This document shows, piece by piece, positions 19,072 to 28,362 of a stretch of DNA of 64,000 nucleotides. The notes beneath the pieces are model-generated. The model saw nothing but the letters and a program-made list of their open reading frames with translations, was not told the origin of the DNA and searched no databases. The stretch spans positions 128,001 through 192,000 of the forward strand of contig CAVVXN010000002.1 of assembly GCA_963752285.1 (NCBI GenBank), written 5' to 3'. Position numbers and translations under genes: made by a program. This DNA comes from an uncultured Planctomycetota bacterium (GTDB lineage Bacteria; Planctomycetota; PLA2; JAEUHO01). Each line of letters starts with the position of its first letter. The stretch's first letter is position 1.

Positions 19072-21543
19072 ATGCGGTGTCGAAAGACGTGCGTCGGTAT
19101 GGCGGTCTTCCTCCTCGCGGGGGCGCTCGGCGGGTGCGGGGGAGGCGGCGGAGGCGGTGGCCGCGCCCGGAACATCGACGTCCACGCGACAGGCCGCGTC
19201 GTCCTCGCCTCGATCGGCGGGGGCACGCTCGACGTGTACCGGGTCGGCGACTACGCGTCGCCGCTCCTGACCGTTCCGACCTCGACCGGCGCCACGCTCC
19301 CCGAGATCGGGCGCTTCGCCTTCGACCTCGCGGCGGTGCCCGAGGACGCCCTCTTCCTCCTGGTGGCCCGCGGCGGCCAGGCCTTCGACACGAACGAGAA
19401 CGGGATCCTCGACTCGGCCTCGACGCCGAACCGGGGCGCGGTCCACGCGCTCGCGAGCGCCGCGGAGCTCCAGACGGGCGAGGTCCACCTCTCCGCGGTG
19501 ACCGAGGCCGTGTACCAGCGCGCGCGCTTCTTCCTCTCCGCGCGCTACGCCGACGCCTACGTGCTGAAGACGGCCTCGTCGTGGGCGTCGTTCGTCGTGC
19601 AGGTGAACCTCGCGGGATCCCCGCTCGTGGACAACGACGACGCGCTCGCGTTCGACCCCCGCGTCCACCGAGACGACCTCTTCCGACGGTACGACGAGTA
19701 CGGGCCCATGGTGCTCGCGCTCCTCGCGGGGGCGCCCGTCACGGAGACCGCCTTCGACCTGAGCCAGGAGGCGCTCGCGACGATTCCCCGGCCCCTGCAG
19801 TTGAGCGCCGTCGAGGTGGTCGGCGACCTGGCGTACCTCTGTACGGGCCAGGAGCTCGACGTCTTCGACGTGAGTGAGCCGACGGCGCCCATCCTCCGGG
19901 GCCGCTTCACCACCGCGGGTGTTCCCCGTCGCGCCCGGGTGCTGGGGGCGCTCGCCTACGTCGCCGAACAGACCCAGGGGCTGGAGATCGTCGACGTCTC
20001 GACCCCGGCGTCGCCTACGCTCGTGGGCGCCCTCGCCGTCTCGAACGACGCGGAGGACCTGCAGGTCGTCGGAAGGCTCGCCTACGTAGCGGGCGGGGGG
20101 GACCGCAAGCTTCACGTGGTGGACGTCTCGAACCCGGCGGCACCCGCCGTCGTGTCGGACTTCGCTGCAGCCAGCGTGGTGAATTGCGTGGCCGTGGAGG
20201 GAACCCACGCCTACCTGGGCGAGAACCTCCAGGTCGAGACCGTGGACGTCACGGATCCGGCGTCGCCGAACTCGAACGGCGTGGTCTCCACCGCGTTTGG
20301 GCCGCGGGTCGCCGTTCGGTCGAGCCGCCTCTTCGTGGCGGCATCGCGGGAGCTCGACGTGTTCGACCTCTCCGCGCCTGCGGCGCCCCGAGCCGTGGCG
20401 ACGATCCCGATGCCCGCGCAGAACGTCGCGGACCTCGTCGTCGCTGGATCGCGGGCGCTCGTGGCGGGCGGGTTCACCGGAGTGTGCGTGGTCGACCTCG
20501 CCGACCCGGCAGCCCCTTCGCTCGTCGGCACGATCCCGACCCAGGCGGGCGCGGCCTCCATCGCGCTCCACGGGAAGGTCCTCGTGGTCCCGCAGACCAA
20601 CCTGGGGCTGACGCTCCTCGCCGCGGGGACCCCCCCGCCCTCGGGCGTGATCGCGTCCCTTCCGGTCGCGGAGGAGTGCCTCACGGTGGACGCGCGAGGA
20701 CCGCGCGTCTACGTCACCACGAGCCAGCCGGACCGCTTCCTGGTGATCGACAGCACAGACCCGCTCGCGCCGACCGTCCTCGGGAGCATCCCGCTCGGCG
20801 GGTCGTTGGCGCGCGACATGGTCGTCCAGGGCGACCTCGCCTTCGTCGCCGAGGACAGCCTCCACGTCTACGACGTGTCGGACGCCACGGCCCCCGTGTT
20901 CCTGGGCCACGACAGCGCGACGCGCCTCCTCGAGTGCATCGCGCCGGACGGGAACCTCGTCTTCGGGGGCGCATTCGACGGGCTCTCCGTCCTCGACGTC
21001 ACGACGCCCGCCCTTCCCGCCGTCGTCACGAGCGTCCCGGTGCCCGGGTTCCCGTCCGACGTCGCCTTCGACGGGAGCGCGATCGTCCTCTGCCGCGGCA
21101 CGCCGGGCATCGAGACCTTCGACGCGACGACGCCCACGAACTTGGTCCCGCGGGGCTCGCTCGACATGAACGACGCGGGCGGCGTGGCGCTCCGGCCACC
21201 GTTCGCGTTCGTCGCGGACAGCAGCTCGTCCGGCACCGACGATGCGCTTCGCGTCGTCGACTACAGCGACCTCGCCGCGCCGGTGGTGGTGCGGAGCGTT
21301 CCGGTTCTGAGCGGCGCCGCCCGCCTGAAGCTGGACTCCGACCTCGTGTATGCCGGGACCGGGTCGGACAGCGTGGATCTCTTCGACGTCACCGTCCCCA
21401 CGGCGGCCTTGTACGTCGGCACCATCCCGGTCGCGACCGCCGTCCGGGACCTGGACGTCGAGGGCGGTTTCCTCTTCGTCGCGGGCGGCCTACCGACCGG
21501 CGGACTGCTCGTCCTCCGCGCGGCCCAGGTCGCGGTTCCGTAG
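19072..21543 (+). CDS. LVIVD-repeat (beta-propeller) lipoprotein, copy 1
   Basis: ALGGC lipobox + poly-Gly; many GLEIVDVS.P..P..VG repeats. Confidence 0.88.
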   Translation: MRCRKTCVGMAVFLLAGALGGCGGGGGGGGRARNIDVHATGRVVLASIGGGTLDVYRVGDYASPLLTVPTSTGATLPEIGRFAFDLAAVPEDALFLLVARGGQAFDTNENGILDSASTPNRGAVHALASAAELQTGEVHLSAVTEAVYQRARFFLSARYADAYVLKTASSWASFVVQVNLAGSPLVDNDDALAFDPRVHRDDLFRRYDEYGPMVLALLAGAPVTETAFDLSQEALATIPRPLQLSAVEVVGDLAYLCTGQELDVFDVSEPTAPILRGRFTTAGVPRRARVLGALAYVAEQTQGLEIVDVSTPASPTLVGALAVSNDAEDLQVVGRLAYVAGGGDRKLHVVDVSNPAAPAVVSDFAAASVVNCVAVEGTHAYLGENLQVETVDVTDPASPNSNGVVSTAFGPRVAVRSSRLFVAASRELDVFDLSAPAAPRAVATIPMPAQNVADLVVAGSRALVAGGFTGVCVVDLADPAAPSLVGTIPTQAGAASIALHGKVLVVPQTNLGLTLLAAGTPPPSGVIASLPVAEECLTVDARGPRVYVTTSQPDRFLVIDSTDPLAPTVLGSIPLGGSLARDMVVQGDLAFVAEDSLHVYDVSDATAPVFLGHDSATRLLECIAPDGNLVFGGAFDGLSVLDVTTPALPAVVTSVPVPGFPSDVAFDGSAIVLCRGTPGIETFDATTPTNLVPRGSLDMNDAGGVALRPPFAFVADSSSSGTDDALRVVDYSDLAAPVVVRSVPVLSGAARLKLDSDLVYAGTGSDSVDLFDVTVPTAALYVGTIPVATAVRDLDVEGGFLFVAGGLPTGGLLVLRAAQVAVP
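19192..19498 (+). repeat. 307-bp block shared with LVIVD copy 2
   Basis: Identical to 21816-22122 except one base (19470/22094). Confidence 0.95.
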
Positions 21544-21551
21544 GCGCAGCC

Positions 21552-21599
21552 GGCCCCGCGAACGCGCGGCGCGCGGTCCACGGGCGCGGCGGGGCCTTT
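21552..21599 (+). terminator. Possible intrinsic terminator after LVIVD copy 1
   Basis: GGCCCCGC...GCGGGGCC followed by TTT (short U tract). Confidence 0.35.
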
Positions 21600-21632
21600 G
21601 ACCCAGCCCAAGCGCGATCGCGTGCCCGCTGC

Positions 21633-21662
21633 GTAATTCGCGGTGGTCGGACGCCACGCCCT
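21633..21662 (+). promoter_or_regulatory. Shared upstream motif, LVIVD copy 2
   Basis: GTAAT-N15-GCCAC-G-CCCT. Confidence 0.6.
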
Positions 21663-21695
21663 ACCGGGCTCGAACTCGTTGCGAGGAGATTCGTC

Positions 21696-24182
21696 ATGTG
21701 GAAGATCGGTCGGCTGCGAGCGCCCGCGCTCGCCCTCCTGTTGGGCGGAGTCCTCGGCGGGTGCGGCGGCGGGGGCGGCGGCGGCGGCGCGCAGAAGATC
21801 GACGTCCACGCGTCGGGCCGCGTCGTCCTCGCCTCGATCGGCGGGGGCACGCTCGACGTGTACCGGGTCGGCGACTACGCGTCGCCGCTCCTGACCGTTC
21901 CGACCTCGACCGGCGCCACGCTCCCCGAGATCGGGCGCTTCGCCTTCGACCTCGCGGCGGTGCCCGAGGACGCCCTCTTCCTCCTGGTGGCCCGCGGCGG
22001 CCAGGCCTTCGACACGAACGAGAACGGGATCCTCGACTCGGCCTCGACGCCGAACCGGGGCGCGGTCCACGCGCTCGCGAGCGCCGCGGAGCTGCAGACG
22101 GGCGAGGTCCACCTCTCCGCGGCGTCGGAGCTCGTCTACCAGCGGCTCCGGTACTCGCTCTCCGCCCTCTACGACGACGGGTTCGTGCTCCGTACCGCCT
22201 CCTCGTGGGCGGGCTCGCTCCTCCGGGCGAGCATCTCGGGCGTCCCCGACGTGGACAACGACGACGTCCTGGCCTTCGACCCCCTCCTCCACCAAAGCGC
22301 CCTCTTTCGGCCGTACGCGCAGATCACCCCGTTCGTGACGACGCTCCTCGCGAACGGGCCGCTCACCGAGACGGCGCTCGATCTCCTCGACGTGGACCTC
22401 GGCTCGCTCGAGTTCGCGTCGGCGGTCGGGGGCCTCGACGTCGTGGGGGACCTCGCGTACGTGACCACGAACGACGCGGGCCTCGCGATCGTGGACATCA
22501 GCGACCCGACCGCCCCGACGCCCCTCGGGAGCATCGACACGCCGGACAGCGCCACCGGCGTCCAGGTCGTCGGATCGCTGGCGTACGTGAACGACGGCTC
22601 GAGCCTCCAGATCGTGAACGTCGCGAACCCGGCGGCCCCGACGCCGCGGGGGTCGCTGGCGCTCGGCGGCGAGATCAACGAAGTCGAGGTCGCGGGCCAC
22701 GTCGCGTACGTGGCCGCGACCACGCTCGGGGCCCCGCTGCTGCACATCGTGGACGTCTCGAACCCGGGGAGCCCCTCCGTCCTGAAGGAGCAGGTCACGG
22801 CCGGGACCTCGCTCGCCGTTCGCGTCCTCGGCACCCACGCGTACGTGCTCGAGCCGTCCCAGATCGAGACGTTCGACGTGAGCAATCCCGCCGCACCGGT
22901 CTCGCTCGGGACGCGCGCGACCCAGGAAGCGCAGAGGATCGAGATCGCCGACGGCCACCTCTTCGTCGCGGGGCGCTTCCTCGAGGTCTTCGACCTCGGC
23001 ACGCCGTCCTCCCCGGTTCGCGTCGGGTCGATCGGCCTCCCCACCCCGGCCGCCTTCGGCCTCGTGGTCGAGGGAGGGCAGGCGCTCGTGGGGGCGTCCG
23101 GGGAGGGCATCGTGGTCGTGGACGTCTCGACGCCCGCCGCGCCCGCGCTCGTCGCGCTCGTCCCGGTCGAGGGCTTCGCGCACGGCCTGGCGCGCGCGGG
23201 CGGGCTCGTGGCGACGACGAGTCCGACCGCGACCGGCGTCCTCTCGCTCCTCGCGTTCCGCGCGCCGGAGCCGTCGGGTGCGGTCGCCCGGGTACCGCTA
23301 TCGACGCCGATCGCCGTCGAGGCCGCAGGGGGTCGCGTGTACGTGACGCACGGCTTCCCCACGGAGCGCCTCTCCGTGTTCGACGCCTCGGACCCGCTCT
23401 CCTTGAGCGCGGTCGGAAACGTCGATCTCGCGATGCCCGGCGCGAACGACCTGGTGGTAGCGGGCACCCGCGCGTTCGTCTCCGCGGTGAGCCTCCAGGT
23501 CTACGACGTCGGAAACCCCTTCTCGCCGTCGCTCCTCGGCCAGACGCCGCCCGACACGTCCGGGAGGATCGCCGTCGGCTCGAACGTGGTCTACGAGTCG
23601 CACGACCCGGGGATCTTCGTCGTGGACGTCAGCGACCCGACCTCGCCCACGCCGCTCGGGTCGATCGTCCGTCCGGGCTTCGCGTCCGGCATCGCCTTCG
23701 ACGGCAGCGTGCTCGCCCACGCCGAGTCCCAGGGGGGGGTCTCCTTCTTCACGACGGCGACGCCGACGGCGCCGAGCCTCGCCGGCGTGTTCCCGCCGGT
23801 TGCGGGCCGCCTCAACATCAACGTCGCGCTTCGCGCGCCGACCGCGTTCGTGACGGAGCAGCCCGCGCTCGGAGGCCCCGGCGGCGGGCTGCGCCTGCTC
23901 GACTACGCGAATCCCTCGGCCCCGGCCTCGGTCCGCTTCGTGCCCCTGCCCGGCACCGCGGGATCCGTCGTGCTCTCCGGGACCACCGCCTACGTGAGGA
24001 CCGACGCCGGGCTCCACGCCGTGAACGTCGCCCTCCCGAGCCTGGCGACGCGCATCGGGACGATTCCGGTCGCGGCCTTCGTCGAGGACGTCGCCGTGGA
24101 CGGAGCCTTCCTCTACCTGACGGCGGGCGGCGTGAACGGGGGCTTGCTGGTCGTCCGGGGCGTACAGGTGAAGGTGCCGTAG
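21696..24182 (+). CDS. LVIVD-repeat lipoprotein, copy 2
   Basis: GAGGAG RBS, MWKIGRL...VLGGC lipobox + poly-Gly; LVIVD repeats. Confidence 0.88.
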   Translation: MWKIGRLRAPALALLLGGVLGGCGGGGGGGGAQKIDVHASGRVVLASIGGGTLDVYRVGDYASPLLTVPTSTGATLPEIGRFAFDLAAVPEDALFLLVARGGQAFDTNENGILDSASTPNRGAVHALASAAELQTGEVHLSAASELVYQRLRYSLSALYDDGFVLRTASSWAGSLLRASISGVPDVDNDDVLAFDPLLHQSALFRPYAQITPFVTTLLANGPLTETALDLLDVDLGSLEFASAVGGLDVVGDLAYVTTNDAGLAIVDISDPTAPTPLGSIDTPDSATGVQVVGSLAYVNDGSSLQIVNVANPAAPTPRGSLALGGEINEVEVAGHVAYVAATTLGAPLLHIVDVSNPGSPSVLKEQVTAGTSLAVRVLGTHAYVLEPSQIETFDVSNPAAPVSLGTRATQEAQRIEIADGHLFVAGRFLEVFDLGTPSSPVRVGSIGLPTPAAFGLVVEGGQALVGASGEGIVVVDVSTPAAPALVALVPVEGFAHGLARAGGLVATTSPTATGVLSLLAFRAPEPSGAVARVPLSTPIAVEAAGGRVYVTHGFPTERLSVFDASDPLSLSAVGNVDLAMPGANDLVVAGTRAFVSAVSLQVYDVGNPFSPSLLGQTPPDTSGRIAVGSNVVYESHDPGIFVVDVSDPTSPTPLGSIVRPGFASGIAFDGSVLAHAESQGGVSFFTTATPTAPSLAGVFPPVAGRLNINVALRAPTAFVTEQPALGGPGGGLRLLDYANPSAPASVRFVPLPGTAGSVVLSGTTAYVRTDAGLHAVNVALPSLATRIGTIPVAAFVEDVAVDGAFLYLTAGGVNGGLLVVRGVQVKVP
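21816..22122 (+). repeat. 307-bp block shared with LVIVD copy 1
   Basis: Offset 2624 from 19192-19498. Confidence 0.95.
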
Positions 24183-24226
24183 CCGCGACCGTGGATCCGG
24201 CCCTCGACGGATCTTTGGCCGGGCAG

Positions 24227-24256
24227 GTAACCCGCCGCCGTGGGAAGCCACCCCCT
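24227..24256 (+). promoter_or_regulatory. Shared upstream motif, LVIVD copy 3
   Basis: GTAAC-N15-GCCAC-C-CCCT. Confidence 0.6.
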
Positions 24257-24288
24257 ACCAGGCTCGGAATCCCGGGGAGGAGAACGCC

Positions 24289-26763
24289 ATGCGGACGTCC
24301 GATCGGCTGGAGAAGTCCGCGCTCGCCCTGCTGGCGAGCGCCGTCCTCTGCGCGTGCGGGGGCGGGGGGGGCGGGGCGGCCAAGACCGCCGTCTCGGCGA
24401 ACGGTCGCGTGGCCCTCGCGGCGCTGGGCGGCGCGACCCTCGACGTGTTCCGGGTGGGGGACTACGGGTCCCCGCTCGCTTCGACCACGACGTCCGCGGG
24501 CGCCTCGCTCTTGGAGACGGGGCGATTCTCGTTCACCCTGCCCCCCGTGCCGTCCGACGCCGTGTTCCTCCTGGTCGCGCGCGGCGGCCAGGCCTTCGAC
24601 GCGAACGAGGACGGCGTCCTCGACGCGGCCCCGACGCCGAACCAGGGCGCGGTCCACGCGATCGTGAGCGCGGCCGAGCTCGAGGCGGGCGAGGTCCACC
24701 TCTCCTCGGCCACGGAGCTCGTGTACCAGCGCGTCCGGTACTTCCTCTCCGCGCGCTACGACGAGGGCTACGTCCTCCGCGCCGCTTCAGCGTGGGCGAG
24801 CTCGCTCCTCGCGTCGAGCCTCGACGGCGACGCCGTCGTGGACAACGACGACGCGGTGGTCTTCGATCCGCTCGTCCACGCGGGCGCGCTCTTCCGCCCC
24901 TACGCGCAGATCGGCCCGTTCGTGACGGCGCTCCTCGCGGGCGCGCGGCCGACCGAGACGGCGCTCCAGCTCCTCCAGGAGCGCCTCGGCGACGTCGCGT
25001 TCCCGTCGCCCGCGCGGAGCGTGGACATCGTCGGCAACCTCGCGTTCGTGACGATCTTCCAGGACGGCCTCGCCATCGTGGACGTCGCCGACCCGACGAC
25101 GCCGGTCGTGGTGGGGGGCTTCGACACGCCCGACGCCGCGACCGACGTCCAGGTCGTCGGTCCGCTCGCCTTCGTCTCGGACACGTCGAGTCTCCAGATC
25201 GTGGACGTCTCCGCGCCCGCGTCGCCCGCACGGCGCGGTTCGCTGCCGCTCCCGGGCGTCCTCGCCGACGTCGAGGTGGCGGGGACCGTCGCCTTCGTGT
25301 GCACGAGCGGTGCGGCGCTGGTCCACGTCGTGGACGTCTCCGACCCCGCCGCGCCCGTGGCGCTCCCCGATCTCGTTCCCGCGGGCCCGCCGCTCGAGGT
25401 GAAGGTCGCGGGGACGCACGCGTACGTGCTCGAGCCGTCGCAGATCGAGACGTTCGACGTGACCGATCCCGCGGCGCCGGTCTCCCTGGGCACGCGCCCG
25501 ACGCGGGAGGCCCTACGGATCGACCTCGTCGGCGGACGGCTCTACGCGGCGGGTCGGGCGCTCGAGGTGTTCGACCTGAGCGTGCCCGCGTCGCCCGAGC
25601 TGGCGGGGACCGCGTTCTTCTCCAGCGGCAGCCAGACGATCGACCTCGTGGTCCGGGGCACCGAGGCCTTCGCATCGACCTCGCCCGACGGGGTGTACGT
25701 GATCGACGTCGCCTCGCCGACGGCCCCGACGCTCGCGGCCGTCCTCCCCGTGGGGAGGAACGCGGCCGGGCTCGCCCGGCGGGGCGGTCTCCTTGCCGTG
25801 ACCGACCCCGGCCTGCCCGGTGGCCTCGGGCTCTTCGGCGTGGGATCGCCCGCGCCCTCGGGCGCCGTCGGCTCCGTGCCGGTGCCCGGCGTCCCGTTCG
25901 CGGTCGCCGCCGCCGCGGGGCGTGTCTACGTATCGACCGGCTTCGCGCCCTCGAGGCTCGAGGTGTTCGACGCCAGCGATCCGCTGGCCCCGAGCCACGT
26001 CGGGAGCGCGGACCTCGTCGCGTCGGCCTCGCGGGACCTCGTGGTGGACGGGACGCACGCGTTCCTGGCGGGGTCCGGCGGGCTCGAGATCTGCGACGTG
26101 TCGATCCCCACGGCGCCCGTTTCCGTGTCGCGAATCGCTTCGCAACCGGTGCGGGGGCTGGCGGTCGGAGGGGACGTCGCGTACGAGGCGTTCGACAGCG
26201 CGCTCGGCGTCGTGAGCGTGCTCGACCCCTCGACTCCCGTGCCCTTCCCGACCGTTCCGGTGGGCGGCCTCTCCGACGGCGTCGCGTTCGACGGCAGCGA
26301 GGTCGTGCGATGCTCGACCGGGGTGCTCACGATCTTCAACGCGGCCATACCGACCCTGCCCGCCTTCGAGGGCGACCTCGTCCTTCCCTCCGGTGGCGTG
26401 ACCACGCGCGTCGTGCTCCGCCCGCCCTTCGCCTACCTCATCGGGCAGGAGAGCGGCTCGGCCGTCGTGTACGTGATGGACTACGCCGACCCGACCGCGC
26501 CGTCCCTCGCTCGGACCGTGCCTCTGGCCGGGCTGCCCGCACACGTGGCGCTCGCGGGCGACTTCGTGTACGCGACCGGCGGGTTCTCCGGCGTAGAGAC
26601 GGTGGACGTCGCCGATCCGGCCACCGCGACGTTCGCCGGGACGATCCCGGTGCCGGGCGATACGGAGGACCTCGCGGTGGACGGCGGGTTCGTGTACGTG
26701 CTGTCCGCGCTCCCGGCGCCCGAGGTCCTGGTCCTCCGCGCCGGCGTCGTCTCCGTCCCGTAG
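24289..26763 (+). CDS. LVIVD-repeat lipoprotein, copy 3
   Basis: GGAGGAG RBS, LCAC lipobox + poly-Gly; LVIVD repeats. Confidence 0.88.
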   Translation: MRTSDRLEKSALALLASAVLCACGGGGGGAAKTAVSANGRVALAALGGATLDVFRVGDYGSPLASTTTSAGASLLETGRFSFTLPPVPSDAVFLLVARGGQAFDANEDGVLDAAPTPNQGAVHAIVSAAELEAGEVHLSSATELVYQRVRYFLSARYDEGYVLRAASAWASSLLASSLDGDAVVDNDDAVVFDPLVHAGALFRPYAQIGPFVTALLAGARPTETALQLLQERLGDVAFPSPARSVDIVGNLAFVTIFQDGLAIVDVADPTTPVVVGGFDTPDAATDVQVVGPLAFVSDTSSLQIVDVSAPASPARRGSLPLPGVLADVEVAGTVAFVCTSGAALVHVVDVSDPAAPVALPDLVPAGPPLEVKVAGTHAYVLEPSQIETFDVTDPAAPVSLGTRPTREALRIDLVGGRLYAAGRALEVFDLSVPASPELAGTAFFSSGSQTIDLVVRGTEAFASTSPDGVYVIDVASPTAPTLAAVLPVGRNAAGLARRGGLLAVTDPGLPGGLGLFGVGSPAPSGAVGSVPVPGVPFAVAAAAGRVYVSTGFAPSRLEVFDASDPLAPSHVGSADLVASASRDLVVDGTHAFLAGSGGLEICDVSIPTAPVSVSRIASQPVRGLAVGGDVAYEAFDSALGVVSVLDPSTPVPFPTVPVGGLSDGVAFDGSEVVRCSTGVLTIFNAAIPTLPAFEGDLVLPSGGVTTRVVLRPPFAYLIGQESGSAVVYVMDYADPTAPSLARTVPLAGLPAHVALAGDFVYATGGFSGVETVDVADPATATFAGTIPVPGDTEDLAVDGGFVYVLSALPAPEVLVLRAGVVSVP

Positions 26764-26765
26764 GG

Positions 26766-28208
26766 TCACCCCCCGTGGTGGCCGTGGCCGTGGCCGTGGC
26801 CGCTCGACCCGCCGCTCGACCCGCCGCTCGACCCGCCGCTGGACCCGCCGCTGGACCCGCCGCTCGACCCGCCGCTCGACCCGCCGCTCGAACCGCCGCC
26901 GGGCGAGGGCGGCGGGGTTTCCTCCACGGCGCTGCCGTCGGGGAGGTACCTCGGCGTCGGGTAGACGGCCTTGCTGTATCGGTACTGGCCGATGCGGGCG
27001 AGGATGTCCTTCACGAGGTCGGGATCGTGCTCGACCGTCGTCGTGTCGCTGCCCACGCCGCCGACCCGGACGTATCCGGTCGCGAGGATCGTGCCCCGGA
27101 CGATCGAGGGCGCCTCGAGCTCAACGTCTCCGTCCACGTACAGCACGCCTCGGAAGTAGGAGTTGGAGCCGGAGGTGATCGTCACGTTGCCGCGGACGAT
27201 CAGGAGGCCGAGGCCGAGGAGCGGCCGGCTCGAGTCGAACGTGAGGTCCCCGTCCACGGTCACGACGGAGTAGGGGGGGATCGTCCCGTCGAAGCCTTCC
27301 TCGGACGTGAGGCTCAAGTCCGACATCGACTTCAAGTCGTCCCACGTGGACCCGAACACGTCGTACAGCTCGTCCTTGTAGTGCGGCACGTTCACGCTCT
27401 TGACGGGCGCCTGGACGTCCGCGTACGGGCTCACGGCGATGCGCACCGCGGCCGTTCCGACCGCCACGCCGGTGGTCGGCGACGTGACCCGGCTGCCGCT
27501 CTTCAGTTGCACGAGGCCGCCCGTCCGCGCGTTGATGGCGGCGTCGGCCGGCAGGGAGACGGCCAGCCGGCGGATCTCGGTCGAGAGCTCGCGGCGGGCG
27601 ATGCGGGGGTTGGCCGCCGACCCGAGGGGCTGGCTCTCGTCGCTGACGCGATAGACCGTGCCGACCGCCTGGAGGTGCCAGGCCCAGCCCTGGCCCGTGA
27701 GGCCGCGCTCGTCCGAGACGTCGCACGTGCCCGAGGTGGGCGACCACTTGCCGTTGCCGTCGATGTCGGTGAACGGGTCGCCGGCGCCGTAGCGGCCGTC
27801 CCCGTCCGAGTCCACGTAGGGCTCGGCGGGCGTCGCGATGCGCACCTCGTACCGACCCCAGAAGCCGGGCGACACCTCGTAGGCCCGCACGATGCCGATC
27901 GAAGGGTCGTCGGTCTCGTTCACGGGCGTTCGCGCGTCGAGCTCGAGCGCCGGGGCGAACTCCGTCACGGGCTGGCTCGGCTGGCGGCGGAACCACGCTA
28001 GGGCGTCCACGAGCCCCGCGCGCGCCACCGCGTCGGCCTGGATGTTCTTCGCGTACTCGACCCGCGTGAGCTGGTCGAGGGCGCGGTCCGAGTAGAGGGC
28101 GGTCGTGATGACCCCCGCCACCAGGACCGTCGTGAAGCTGGCCCAGATGAGGATGATCCCGCGTTCGCTCCGGCGGCCTTCCGCCCGCCGGCCGTGGTCC
28201 CGGTCCAT
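26766..28208 (-). CDS. PilX/minor-pilin-like protein with (GGSS)8 linker and His-Gly tail
   Basis: RRSERG|IILIW prepilin-like N-terminus, A.AVARAGL helix, two DxDGDG Ca-binding loops, beta-helix-like GLLIVRGNVTI/GVLYVDGDVEL. Confidence 0.65.
   Translation of the reverse strand: MDRDHGRRAEGRRSERGIILIWASFTTVLVAGVITTALYSDRALDQLTRVEYAKNIQADAVARAGLVDALAWFRRQPSQPVTEFAPALELDARTPVNETDDPSIGIVRAYEVSPGFWGRYEVRIATPAEPYVDSDGDGRYGAGDPFTDIDGNGKWSPTSGTCDVSDERGLTGQGWAWHLQAVGTVYRVSDESQPLGSAANPRIARRELSTEIRRLAVSLPADAAINARTGGLVQLKSGSRVTSPTTGVAVGTAAVRIAVSPYADVQAPVKSVNVPHYKDELYDVFGSTWDDLKSMSDLSLTSEEGFDGTIPPYSVVTVDGDLTFDSSRPLLGLGLLIVRGNVTITSGSNSYFRGVLYVDGDVELEAPSIVRGTILATGYVRVGGVGSDTTTVEHDPDLVKDILARIGQYRYSKAVYPTPRYLPDGSAVEETPPPSPGGGSSGGSSGGSSGGSSGGSSGGSSGGSSGGSSGHGHGHGHHGG
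26775..26894. repeat. Coding tandem repeats: 6-bp (His-Gly) and 12-bp x8 (GGSS)
   Basis: gtggcc units followed by eight ccgccgct(c/g)gac-type units. Confidence 0.9.
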
Positions 28209-28362
28209 GGCTCGACCCTTCTCCCTGCCCGGGACCTTCGCCACGGCCCCCCATCGGACGTGACCGTGGTCACCATGAACAGATTCGGAATCTTGTATTG
28301 GGGCGAAAGACCCAAAAACAACACGGCGACGAGCCGAGGCGCCGGGACCCAGACGACCGACG

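Noticed and set aside
19192..22122. Near-identical blocks as a DGR template/variable repeat pair
   Set aside because: No reverse transcriptase in the window, only one mismatch (C/G, not adenine-specific), and the blocks are N-terminal. The pccB repeat pair fails the same tests.
20184..24182. 1332-aa ORF
   Set aside because: The first ~500 aa are an alternate frame of LVIVD copy 1. The real gene starts at 21696 with an RBS and lipobox.
26775..26894. Short repeats as a possible CRISPR array
   Set aside because: Contiguous 6- and 12-bp coding repeats with no spacers and no cas genes.
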